Shown here: positions 24,502 to 36,098 of the stretch, piece by piece
Numbering within the stretch: the stretch's first letter is position 1
Layout of the letters: each line of letters begins with the position of its first letter
Assembly (NCBI RefSeq): GCF_025526975.1
Contig: NW_026515681.1
Location: forward strand, 248,001-312,000
Source: Fimicolochytrium jonesii
Lineage: Eukaryota
Direction: 5' to 3'
Length of the DNA stretch: 64,000 bases
Program-made: the position numbers and the translations under genes
The notes under the pieces: generated by a model
What the model saw: the letters and a program-made list of their open reading frames with translations, nothing else
Database searches by the model: none
What the model was told of the DNA's origin: nothing

Positions 24502-27200
24502 TCACCCCGCCTGCCCATCCCCAAAAACCCTCTCCCAAAACTCCGCCAAAAACTGCACCGCAGCCGCATGCGGCTCCAACGGCGCCACACATCTCACGCC
24601 CACATCCTCCCACCCGCCGCCCGTCTCCGCCTCCCCCTCCTCCTCCCCCTCCCCACCCTCCTCGTCCATCTCCCCCCACGGGCTCGCCCCGGCCCCGAGG
24701 ACATTCAACCCAAACGGGGAAATAAGCACAGGCGCCTCCGCGTCGCGGAACCCGGGGATCGCGCGCAACACCGGCTGCGAGACGTCCCGTGTCGGTGGGG
24801 GGTGTTTGGACGCGGTGGTGGGGCGCGGGTAGCGGGTGGGGAAGAGGAGCGGGGCGAGGGTTGCGGCGATGTGCGGGAGCGGGGGGGAGGTGAGGGGGAG
24901 GGTTGCCAGGCTGCGGAAACATATCGGGGGGGGGCGGGTTCTGGTTAGATTCGATTTGCGGGGATTTTTGGAGGGGGAGGCGGGGGGGCGTACGTACCGG
25001 TGAATGTGGCCGATGACACCTTTTGCGTACAGGTACCGTGGGCGATCGAGGGTGTCGAGGAGGTGTTTGAAATCGGTGATGAGCGTCTCGGTGGGTCGTA
25101 ACCCATCCCCTTCAAAAAAAAAAGAAAATCAATCATCCACCCACCACCACCCGCAGCCCTCACCCCCCCCCCCCCCCCCCACCCCAAACTCACCAATCGC
25201 GCCAACGATCCGCCTCCCCACCGCGCCGCCCACAAGCCCACACGCCTCGAGTCCCTCGCTCTGCAAATACGTCTGCAGCGTGCGACACATCCGCGCCACC
25301 TCGGCGGGTTCGAATACGAGATCGGGCGCCCATTTGCCCGACCACCCTGCCCGCGCGAGCCCGATGGCGTCGACGGAGCGGAGGTGGTGCTGGGTAAGGA
25401 TGTCGGTGTGGGTTGTGTGCGCCGAGGCGAGGGTTGTGAAGTCTGGTATGTGGGGGGGAGGGGGGGGGGGGGGGGGGGGGGTCAGGGTCTCGTTTTAATG
25501 GGATGCGATTTTTTTCTTACCTTGGAGGAACTCGGTCCGTAGTTTATGCGCCGGGTTGTGCGTCACTTCCCCCTGCTCCTTCTCCTCCCCTAACGCCCCC
25601 AGCCGAAAAAAAAGATCAGCCCCAGCAACTCATCCCCCCCCCCCCCCCCCCTCAAACCAACCGCACCTTCATCCCCATCAAAAAACGTCATCTTCCTCGC
25701 CCTCGGCGGTCTCGACAGCCTCAGTTCCGGGCGTAGCGGGGGGTTGTACAGCAGTACGGGGGAGATGGGGTCGTCTTTTGCGGCGGGGGAGGGGGACGGG
25801 TGGATGCTTTGGCGGTGGCGGGAGGGGGGGCGTTGGTCTTAACGAAAACATCCATCATTAGTATATCGCCACGAGGGTTGGAAGGGGCAGATATGGGATG
25901 GGGGAGCCGTACCTGTGTCGGGAGCGAACCGGACTTTATGCTCGCCCTCGGGTTCTGCGGGCGCGTCGGGGGTGGGGTCGGTTCGGCGGTGTGTTTCGTC
26001 GTCGTCGTCCCATTTCGCGGATTTCTTTTTGAGGAGGGGTGGCGGGGCGACCGCTTTCGCTTTCGCCTCTAAATGAGCACAGGCAGGAGAAGACGAACGG
26101 GGGGGGGTCAGCCATGGAACGGTGGCATTTCTCTCTTCCCGACTCCCAGCCCACAACAGCAAGATTTGTTTTGCCTTACTCATGCGCAGATACTCCTCCC
26201 TAGCAACCGGATCCATGCCGCCGGGGTGCCATATGGGCTTCTCGCCCTTCTCGCCCTTCTCGTTCTGGAATTTCACGCTCATCGCGCGCTGTCGTTTCTT
26301 CACCGGCGGTGCCGCGTTGCTCTGTTCCGGCAGTACCGGCGGTGGGATCTCCGTCGCCGTCTCGGGATTCTGCTCACTCTTCTTCTTGGGCATGACGCGG
26401 TGGAGGGTTGACGGGCCGGTGATGACAGGGAGGAGGGTGAAGGAGAATTGTTGTTGGAAGGTGGCGGTGGCGGGTGTGCGCTGCACGACGCCCGCGCGGC
26501 GGCGGTCGGGGTCCAGGCTGGGGGTGGTAGCGTCTTTAGGGCCGGGGGGGAGGCGGATTTTGAGGATCTTCGGTGTCGCTGTGGGTGGTGCTGTTGGGTC
26601 GTCGGTTGGCGTGTCGGCCGTGATGGACTGGGATCCGTCGGTGGAGGAGGGCGAGGTTGATTTGGTATCCGTGGTATCGAGCTCCCGGTCGATGCTTCTC
26701 CCTCGTGCCCCGCGATCGATATTCCCCGGCTTGGAAGCCGCCGGATTCGTAAAGTTGCTCGTACTCCTCGATCGACGAAACCCGCCCGTCGGCCGTTTCC
26801 CGCCCGGCTCACTAGCGCTATTCGGAGAGACAGTCGGACCCTCCCACGGCACCATCGTCGCGGCGCCAAACGTCACCGCTGGCATATTCAGATTCGCCGA
26901 GCTCCGTGACCGTGACCTTTGCGTGGAGGTTGCGCGGGGTGGCGGGGCGGTGACTTTGTCGGCTGAGCGATGGGTGTGCGGGCGGGTGTAGGTGTCGGTG
27001 TCGGCGCCATCGATGGAGGTTGTCGCACCGCGGGGAGTGTATTGGGAGGGGTCGGGTTTGAGGGTGTTGCTGGCGTAGGCGGCCATACCGGTGCCGAAAG
27101 ATTTGGAGCGGGATATTTTGCGTCGGCCGGTGTGGGTGAAGGGTGGGGTTTTGTCCGGCCCTGCGGGGAGGTCGGTTGCGAAGCTGACTGTTGATGCCAT
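24502..27200 (-). CDS. Hypothetical protein: long Ser/Thr/Pro/Arg-rich disordered N-terminus and short folded C-terminal exons
   Basis: ORF 25839-27218 is joined through canonical GT-AG introns to exons reading HNPAHKLRTEFLQ, DFTTLASAHTTH...LQTYLQSEG, TLITDFKHLLDTLDRPRYLYAKG and AVQFLAEFWERVF. No family recognised. Confidence 0.6.
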
Positions 27201-27866
27201 GGTGGGATGATCCTTCACACAATGGCTGATGTCAGTCGGCGTTCGTTGAGTTTTTGGGGTGCGAGGTGCCTAGAAACAGCGGCCGCAAACAGAAGACACA
27301 GAGGGAGGAAGGTCGCCTGGAAGCATCCAAATTGACAGTATCCAAAACAGGCGGCGAGGATTACGTCAGCCTGTCACTCTCCACACGCCCCTCTCAGTCA
27401 GACAGCGAGCCACCGAGAAGCGCGTCGCGAGCCCGTCAATCACTGCTCTCGTCGAAATTGCAAAACCATAAAACTTCCGTAGCATGTTTCGGCGGCCCTC
27501 AACATGAGTATGATTGTAATGAAACTTGTGAAGTAGGGTGCAGTACAGGAGTGGTAACCGTAGCAGCTTCACCAGGGAAAGCTACGTAAACTTCTTCTAA
27601 TTGTTGTGCGGTCAGTCTGCCAAGACAAAACGCTTACCCGGACCCATCGCAGCTGCTTTCTGAGATCCATGCACAACACTCCCCCATCTCAGGAATGCGG
27701 CTACTTCAGGCGCTTTGGTTCGGATTTTTTATTGTCTTGGCATAGCACAGAGTAGTTCGTTTTCCTTTTTGAAAAACACCCGGAGCAAACGCTCCCATCA
27801 GGGTTCGAACTTGCGTATTGAAAAAGGTATAGAAAATGGGGGTACCGCTGTGCGAGCGTCCGAAGC

Positions 27867-27978
27867 CGAAGGTAGGAGTTTGCTTTCGATATCGTATGCG
27901 CACGCTCGAAGCGCACCTACCGACGACAGCGCCGACAACGACGTCGCATACGATATCGAAAAGAAACTCCTACCTTCG
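27867..27978. repeat. Inverted repeat with 34-bp arms (2 mismatches) and a 44-bp spacer
   Basis: cgaaggtaggagtttgctttcgatatcgtatgcg (27867-27900) versus cgcatacgatatcgaaaagaaactcctaccttcg (27945-27978). Confidence 0.9.
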
Positions 27979-28644
27979 TGCGATGCTCGAGACTCGCACG
28001 GCGATGGGGATCTGGGGGGAGAAAAACGAAAAAGAGAACAAGGGCACGAAAAGGGGGCTATCGTCGCGCCCGTACACGACCGCAGGAGAGCCTACAACAT
28101 ACGCACGTCGAAAGGGCAAGCCGGTGTACAAGAAGAGCTCGAATCGCACGCGGGAGAACATGGTACCCGAGAAGAAGCTGGATATCCAGTACCTACCCAT
28201 GCCACCCTTGAATACTTTGAGCTGGGTCCTCCGAGAGTTTCTGAGGATCGGAGAGAGCTCCGTATGCTTGCTCGCTTCTAACCAGCCACAATCCGAAGCC
28301 GTTCGGCCGTGCGCCAGCACATATCCGCTTGCTTTTCCTCTAGCGCTATCAAAGCCTGCCGTAAGTTTCCGATATTTGGAGGGAATACATGGGTTAGGGT
28401 ATTTACATGCAAGACGAAGCCAAACGCGTCGAACTGATGGGCGCGTGTGAGGGAGCGCTTCTCTGACGTGTAGCCTTTCTCGCAATCGCTGCAGGTGTTT
28501 GGGAGAACGACGCACGTAGCACAATCGAGCACGCCCCCCCCCCCCCCCCCCCCCCCCCCGGACTCCTAGAGCACCTTGCTTCCTCAAACACCTCAAACCA
28601 CCCAGTCTAGTCTCCCCCTCGGGCCAAAAAAAACCCACTCCAAA

Positions 28645-29536
28645 ATGCTTTCGGGAATGCAACGTGAGTTTTGTGGGGGTGGAGTAGGGACAAGGGATTG
28701 GCTGTTTGCGAGGAGGCGGATGGTGTCGAGAATGAGGTCGGTCCAGAGGAGCAGAGAAGTACGCATTCTTTCCTTGATAACGAGGGGATACGAGAAGCTG
28801 CGATAGAGAGTCAGGTATCCGAAGGGTCATGTGAGACTATAGAAAGCGAAGATGGGGGGAGAATCGTAGAACGATATATACTCGCAGCATGGGCTCCAAT
28901 CGAGCACAGGACACGAATACCCCTACGAAGAAGCCATACCAAAACCTCCGTATCTCACCCTCTTCATCCTCCACAGAGTTCGGAGCAGCGTCCATAGCAG
29001 CCGGCGCCCTCTTCTTCGCTCTCGGTGTCATGCTCCTCCTCGACAAGGGCCTCATGGCCGTCGGCAACGTGCGTATCGTATCCTATGCCCCCCATGATCC
29101 TCCCATCGCACTCCCCCCCCTCCCACCCCATCCCCCTCGGTTCCCGTCCCATGCCTCCCCCCAGATCCCATCTAACACCCCCTCGCCCGCAGATCCTCTT
29201 CCTCCTAGGCCTCCCCCTCCTCCTGGGCCCGACGCGCACAATTGGCTTCTTTTCCCGCGCCGACCGACGGCTAAGCACCGCGTCGCTTCTCACCGGCATC
29301 GTGCTCGTCCTCGTCAAATGGCCGTTTGTGGGGCTGGTGTTGGAAGGGGTTGGGGTTGTGAATCTGTTCGGGTGAGTATTGTTTTCGGGGGCGTTACGGA
29401 GATAGGGGGGTTTGATTGAGGCGTACGACAAGTTTGGCTGACTGGACTAACCGACCCCGTCTCCGCCCTCAGCCCGTTCATTCCGACGATCTATGGCTTC
29501 GTCCGCGGGATCGTAGGCCGCTACGTCGGCGTATGA
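28645..29536 (+). CDS. GOT1: Golgi transport protein Got1 (Got1/Sft2 family); 4 exons
   Basis: A 19-nt first exon (MLSGMQ) spliced to QFGAASIAAGALFFALGVMLLLDKGLMAVGN|ILFLLGLPLLLGPTRTIGFF...WPFVGLVLEGVGVVNLFG|PFIPTIYGFVR. This matches the Got1 pattern. Confidence 0.85.
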
Positions 29537-30409
29537 ATCCCACCCCCAAGACCCGCATCTGTACATATCCCATCCTATCGCATGTCTGTCTTCTCCCCCG
29601 TCTCGGTCCATGTGATGCAAAGCCTACCATCCCAAAGCATGTAAAATACTACTGCCATCCTTTTTGGGCGGAAACATGGGGGCGCTAACAGTGCAGTGCT
29701 TGATGAAGCGGGTTCCCATCTGGCAAACCACTTTGAATTCGAAAAAACCGATCTCAATGAACCCTGGGTCTTTGGGGTAGAACACATGCGTGTCGTTGGA
29801 GGACAGACCGACTTGGGGAAAACGTGCGCGCACCATGATCATCTGAATGGGGTTCGTTCAGCCGCCACGTTCTTCCCAGACAGCAGCCAAACCGAGACGG
29901 GACCCCAGGTTTGAGACGGGGAACTGCGTATAGGCAGGCGCGCTACTGTATTGTGCAGGACAGTATGTGGGGTGGTAATGCATTCGCCTGATGTTTGTTG
30001 CGCGGACGTGGTTTGTCCGCCTCGGGGAATCAATCGAGAGGGCTCAAGGCAGCCGTTTGCCCAACCACCACCCCACCCACGGCGCCAAAACGGCCCGCAC
30101 CCGAAGACTACATACCATAACATGCCACACAATATATTACCGCCGCCGCACACCCCCCAAAAAAAAGGTTACAGAAAAGAAATAAAAGAAAACAAAACGC
30201 CGGGGAGAAAAAAGGAATAACAAAGTATACAAGAAAAACAAAGTGGGGAGGAGAGGGAGATCCCTAATGTTCTACGACGCTACCGGCCAAATGTCTCTAC
30301 CATAAAAAAAAAAGTCCTACCAACTAAAGTACGCTCTATTCCCCCTGTCCCCCCCCTGCCCCCCCCCCCCCCCCGGCCCCCCCTCCCCCCCCCCCCCACA
30401 CACACACAT

Positions 30410-31097
30410 CTACAGATTCATACTCGTGTGTCCCTTCACCTCCGTCTTGAAATCCATGTCCTTATGGCACACCTTCGCGTGGTACTTCAGGCCGTTCAGG
30501 TTCTTGTACTTCTTCCCACACCCCTGCACGCGGCACCAGTACGGTCTTAGCGCGATCTTGATGTCCTGCGCGTGGGCGGCTGCGAGGCCCGGGGAGAGCT
30601 GGGAGAGGCCCAAGGGCGAGAAGAGGGGGAGGTTGGATGTGAAGGGGAGGTAGGGGGCCGGGGTGAATTGTTGCTGGCCTTGGAGCGCGGCGTAGGGGTA
30701 GTTGGGGTGTTGTTGCGGGTGGGTGTTGTATGGGTGGTTGTGGTTGTGCGGGTCGAGTTGGTGGGTGTAGAGAGTGGAGGTGTGCGGGGAGTTGGGGGGG
30801 AGATAATACGGGGTTGCGAATTCCGGGTGCGCCGCTGCTGCTGCTGCTGCTGCTCCCATGTTGGCGTGGGGCATTGCTGGGGAGGGGTGCATGTAGTCGG
30901 AGGGGGAGGGGGAGGACGTGCGCGGGTGGTTGGGGTGCGGGGCGGGTGTGGCGGCGGAGAGGAGTGGCGAGCCTTGGGAGGACATGGCCGAGGAGGCGGC
31001 GGCGTGGTGCTCGTAGTCGAGCTCGCAGTTGCCGTGCTCGAGGTGGTATTTTAGGCCGTTGGAGTTTTTGTAGACCTGCGGACATGAGAGAGATAGA

Positions 31098-31137
<40 letters not shown>

Positions 31138-31327
31138 AACGATGTCAGCCTCGTGCTTACATCCACAGTCCGGCATACTGTGCTGACGCTTACCTTGCTA
31201 CAAAACGGCTTCGGGCACTTATACTTCTTCCCCGGGGTCGCCGCACCCTGCGCGTACCCCTCGTCCCCTCCCTGTCCTTGTCCCTGCTGCTGCTGCTGCT
31301 CATACCCCCACTGCTGCTGCGCATACA

Positions 31328-31361
<34 letters not shown>

Positions 31362-33062
31362 AAACGAGCCATCCACCGGTGTGCTCGTCGGTCTCACGGG
31401 TGCTTCAATCTGAAAATGATGTTGAGCGGGAAAGACAGGCGGGGTGTTTGATCGTTGGATGTCAGAGAAGGCTGCGTGGCGGGGTTGTGGGGCGTACAGC
31501 ATGGGGTGGGTGGGCATGAGGGGGGAGGGGTGGGCTTGTTGGTTGCCGTCGTCCTGTAACCGGAACTGCTGTTGTTCTTGTTGTTGTTGATGTTGTTGGG
31601 GTCGCTGGTGTTGCTGGTGGGGGGAGTTGGCGAGGTGCGGGATGAAGAGACCGGTGGCGTTGTATGCGATGCCGGTGTCGGAGCCCTGGATGGGGTGTTG
31701 GACTTGGAGGGGGGAAGGGTGGTATGGGTTGTGGGTTACGGCCGAGGGTCCGTTGTAGTGCCGGGGGACGCCGAAATCGTTGAAGGGCGGTGATGGTGTT
31801 GCGGAGAAGCTGGAAGCGTCGGATTGATCTGACTGTGATGTCAGGCCAGTGTTCCGTTGGCCTGCTGCCGTCGGTGCTGCGTTCTGCGCGTTCCCGTTCG
31901 CGTTCGCATTGGCTGTCTTGTCCTTGGCCGATTCGGGCGCAGCTGGTTTAGCAGCACCCACGGCGGCAGCAGTACCGGCGGGTTTAGCAATCAGCCGTCC
32001 GACATTCGCAGCCGCACGCAACTTCTTCCCATCGTCCATCGGCAGGTTCATCTCCACAAGCGACGGAGCACGGGGCCGTTTCGAACTTGCCAAAGCCCCG
32101 CTGTTTGCCGAGTCCATGTACGTATGTTGTTGTTGTTGTTGTTGGTACGCCGCATCGTGCGCAGAGGGTTCATGTAGTTGCAACTGTCGTATACCTTCAC
32201 CGATCATGGAGATGTATGGCGACGATGGTGCCTGTGATGGGACGCTTATGCTGCTTAATGGGAGAGACACGGGCGCATACGAGATCTTTGGGGCGTTTCC
32301 AGATGCCTCGTCTTCCTCCTTGATCGTCTCCAAGGCTTGCGGTAAATGTTGGGCGACGTTGTGAGCGACTCCAGCGCCTTTCGTATGGACAAAGCCGTCA
32401 AGGGCGTCATAGTCGACAGCGCCGGGTGGAGCGTCCAGCATGGAGTAAGCGGTTGTGGTAGCAATCTCGCCGCCCCAGGTATTGACATTCACGTGCACGG
32501 TCTCGTAGTGAGCAAGCAGTTCATGCAGCGACGGAAAGTGGGCGCCGCAGCACTCAAAATCCTTACAGAACTGCGACTCTAGCTGTGAAATTGAGGAGCT
32601 GCTCATCACACCCCCACTGGCGGGTCCGTGACCACCTTCACCACCGAAATTGTGGGCTGTATCCTCTACGTTCCCTGTGTTGGTAGTGATGAGGTCTATC
32701 CCGCCGAGGGAAAGAGTGCCCCCAAACGAGGGTCTCCGTGGCCGCGTTGTTGCGCTTCCGCCGAGAAAGTTGAGGGTGTCGAGGACATCGAGGGTGAAGG
32801 GGAGTGGGTTGGAAAGGGAGAGTTTGCGGGAGTGCGAGGCTCGCCTGGCGGAGATATTATTGTTGTTGTGAGACATTTGGGAGTAGTCGTCCATGGGTTG
32901 CTGCTGACTACTGCTGTTGTTGCTATTGGCGAGAGGCCTGCTCTCGTTCCCTTTCGTCGCTGTCGTTGGGGCGTTGTTACTCCGCATGTTGTGGTGATGG
33001 TGACCTTCGGCAGCAACGTAGCCCGAAGTGACGACGGGGCCACCGTGCAAGGAAGTGGACAT
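30410..33062 (-). CDS. SFP1: Split C2H2 zinc-finger transcription factor Sfp1-like; 2 exons (intron about 31193-31076)
   Basis: LESQFCKDFECCGAHFPSLHELLAHYETVH, KYKCPKPFCSK|VYKNSNGLKYHLEHGNC and RPYWCRVQGCGKKYKNLNGLKYH. PolyQ tracts are present. Confidence 0.88.
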
Positions 33063-33082
33063 TTTTCCCTTTCGTTGCGATG

Positions 33083-33456
33083 CTCTCTCTGTGTCTCTCT
33101 CTGTCTCTCTCTTTCTCTGTCTGTCTTTCTGTCTCTGTCTCTCTCTGTAAGTTTTGCTCTACTTCCGAACACTCAGCCGACGAGTATTATCCGCGTTGTC
33201 GTCGTTGTCGAGGAAAGATGCCGACCCGTGAGAGTGTTTGCGGTTGTCTGAGCGAGAGGGCGTGCTAAAGGGAGCAAGGGAGTCTTTTGCCGACGAAGGA
33301 AGGAAGGAAGGAAGGAAGGGAAGGGGAAGGGAAGAAGGACGAGGGAGGAGACGGAGTGAGACGGTTGGAGGTGCGAGAGACGAGAGCAGCGAGAGAGAGC
33401 GAGAGAGTGCCTGTCTGTCGCAAGGAGTGATATCTGTCTGTCTGTCTGTCTGTCTG
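33083..33456. repeat. Microsatellite cluster ((CT)n, (GGAA)n, (GA)n, (TCTG)n) upstream of SFP1
   Basis: Direct inspection: ctctctctgtgtctctctct..., gaaggaaggaaggaagg, tctgtctgtctgtctgtctg. Confidence 0.85.
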
Positions 33457-34271
33457 TGAGTGAGCGATATCCCATGGACTATGGGCATGTATTCTTTCCC
33501 GCTGCTTGTTGGTGCTTGCCTCCTTGCCTGGAGCGAAAAGGCTTTCTGTGCAAAAGGAAAGTAATTCCTCCCTCCCTCCATACATGGTACAGTACTGTAG
33601 TAGGAGTAGTAATCACTCAGATAACGGCTACCACGGGTTCCCTCGCAATTTGATTAGGCCCTCTAATCAGCCATGGTGTTTAGGAAACGAGGCGCTTGGC
33701 TAACTCTCTCTCGGAGTGAGAACCCCCAGCGGAACAAAAAGTCACAGGCCCCCCCAAACTAACCTCCCCCCCCCCCCCCCCCACACTGACACGCGCGCCG
33801 GTTGTAACTCCAAACTCCAAGTCTCTCCACACTGTATGGTCTTGCAAAAGGCGTCCCCGATCCACAACCATCAACCAGAAGGGAGGAGGAGGAGGGGGGG
33901 GGACAGTCACTTGTCCCTCCCATATGCGGCGTGTGCGATGTCGTGTGAGGAGTTATACGACGCCCGCGCCTCTTGTGAAACGCGCGCCGCGATAAGGGGG
34001 GACGGGGGACGGGGCGTTCGGCCGCAATGCCAACCATCCCCAATCCCACCGGTACCCGTCTCCCTTGCGTAACCGTACCAACAACCAAAATGGGTTCCTG
34101 AAGAAAGCTTGGACCGTGGCCTCGAAACCATTTGTCGAACAATGGACGGGGGTTCCTCACACGGCTAAATCACGTGCAAACTATTACACTCAATTTAAAT
34201 CGGTGGTCACAAATCACAGATCGGAGCTTGAAGATGGATTCAAACGATTCAAACGATTCCGAGCTTGAAGA

Positions 34272-34671
34272 TAGGGGCGGCAGATGGTCAGGTTAACCGT
34301 GGTCAAGCCATGGCGCGGTCTGACTAGGCTACGGTTTGGCTAGCAAAGTAGCAAGCCATCAGTTGACTTGGCTACAAAGTGGCAAGTCATGGCTTGACCA
34401 CCGGTTAACCGGTTAACCAAGATTACTGCGATGACTGCGATGATTTGGCAGGGTTAGGTTTAGGGTTACATTCCCTTCTAAGCCCATTGTATATAAATCT
34501 GTCAAAGGAGACTGTCAGATTCTTATGTAAGCTTAACCATGGTTAACCACCGGCAAGCCGTGGCTGGCCACGACTTGGTTTGATCACCACCCTCTTGACC
34601 ACCCGGTGGTCTGGCCACGGTGTCTACGTAGTCAAGCCAAGTCAAACCAAGTCAAGCCATTGCCGCCCCTA
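34272..34671. mobile_element. 400-bp non-autonomous DNA transposon (MITE-like)
   Basis: Perfect 11-bp terminal inverted repeats TAGGGGCGGCA / TGCCGCCCCTA, extending imperfectly to ATGG. Many subterminal GTCAAGCCA/TGGCTTGAC and GGTTAACC copies, a more AT-rich core, and no coding capacity. Confidence 0.8.
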
Positions 34672-36098
34672 CGCCCCCATATGTAAGCAGCAAAAATCCT
34701 CGAACGCGCCTGGTACGAAAAGAACAAACATATCTTCCCTGCGAGCCGCTGGGAGGTGTTTGACGCGCAGAAGGATTATGGGAGTTATACGGTTAAGGAT
34801 CGGACTAAGGAGAAGGGTGGGGAGGCGGCGTAGGGATGTGGGTGTGGTGGGGGTGCACGTTGAAGGGGTGGGTTGGTAGGAAAGTCTATTGGGGTGTAAA
34901 CGACGCTACCGCTTCTTGTATATATTTGCGGTAAATGGGGACCTGATGGTCTTGGGAAAAGCACTCCGAACATTCTCGCTTTTGGAGTCGTTGCTTTTCA
35001 TCAGTTAGGTCCAAATTGGACTTTTCCATGGTTATAAGATTGCCCCTATGCTTTTGTCCATCATAGCCGAACTGCGTGAGAGGAATCAAGGAGTTATCGC
35101 AAACCAAGACTCTGAAACTGCTGTTCACAGCTATACATCTGCACCTATCTACATCCGACATCCATACGAAAGTCGGGCCCCCGAATGTGCTTCCGAACGT
35201 ACCGCACATATGCATATTTCAGATGAAGGCGATAGCCTGAACCGCCACTATACCTGATGGCGGGCGGGCTCCCAAGTTCGCCAACCCGCGCATTGTGCGT
35301 CGCTGTGGAAACATACGGACGGGTTAGCGTAGAGATGAGCGGGGCGCTTAAGGTTTTCTCGTTCATCACCAAAGTTCGGGGTTTCAGGCAAGTGAATATG
35401 ACATGACGACGATGGAGTCATGGGCGGCTAATACCACATGTGGTTTTCCATCCATCGTTTTTCACACGTCAGTATCTATCTCGCGGAAGAAGGCCATCGA
35501 CAACAGAAGGCCAAGAAGGGGACAAAAAGGGGTAAAGAAGCACGCGTTGAGGACCTTCCGGCGCCTGCGACGCGACGCGTTTTCCCTTTCTCTCGTTCTT
35601 TCGGGTCTGACGAGCGGGAAAGAAGGAATGCCCCTTGCGCTGTTTAAAAGATGAACCCAAGAAACGGCCATCGAAGTATGTAGCCGCCGCCGGATCCATA
35701 GCGGTGCATTATTGTACCTAGTTAGGCTGTAACACACACGAGTCGTAGACGCAACGGTTTTGGAGCTCGCGCTTGTATATATATAAGAAGAAGTGTAAGA
35801 TCGACCGCCAGCGTTAGCGGTGTTTTTGTTCATACCAAATACTTTTGCGTATACGAAAAGGGAAGGCATACCTTTTCGGGTTTGAAGGAACGAGCGGTAG
35901 GAATCGTGAACGTGTAGCTTGAGAAGAAGCTTGCTATATAACACGCACGACGTTCGGTGAGTGTTTTCGTCTGTTCCGGTCGCATGCTGGGATTTCCGCT
36001 GTCGGCTTTGATGAGCGGGTGGGGCCGGTAGTTCAGGGCACATTCTCATATATCCATCAAGTGGGTCACAGCACTTCGCACACCCATCACATAAAAAA

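Noticed and set aside
27715..28830. Three overlapping ORFs of 188-286 aa upstream of GOT1
   Set aside because: They are mutually overlapping on both strands, lack motifs, span the hairpin and a poly-C run, and one runs through GOT1 exon 1.
29624..29842. Minus-strand exon-like fragment MIMVRARFPQVGLSSNDTHVFYPKDPGFIEIGFFEFKVVC preceded by a CAG acceptor
   Set aside because: It looks protein-like, but I could not link it to a start exon or a family. At best it is an orphan exon or remnant.
34450..34468. Interstitial telomere
   Set aside because: Only about three imperfect TTAGGG units, lying inside the MITE. This is not evidence of a chromosome end or fusion.
34291..34659. CRISPR-like or iteron reading of the GGTTAACC/GTCAAGCCA repeats
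   Set aside because: The units are 8-10 bp, irregularly spaced, in both orientations and bracketed by TIRs, in a eukaryotic context with no cas genes. Transposon subterminal repeats explain them better.
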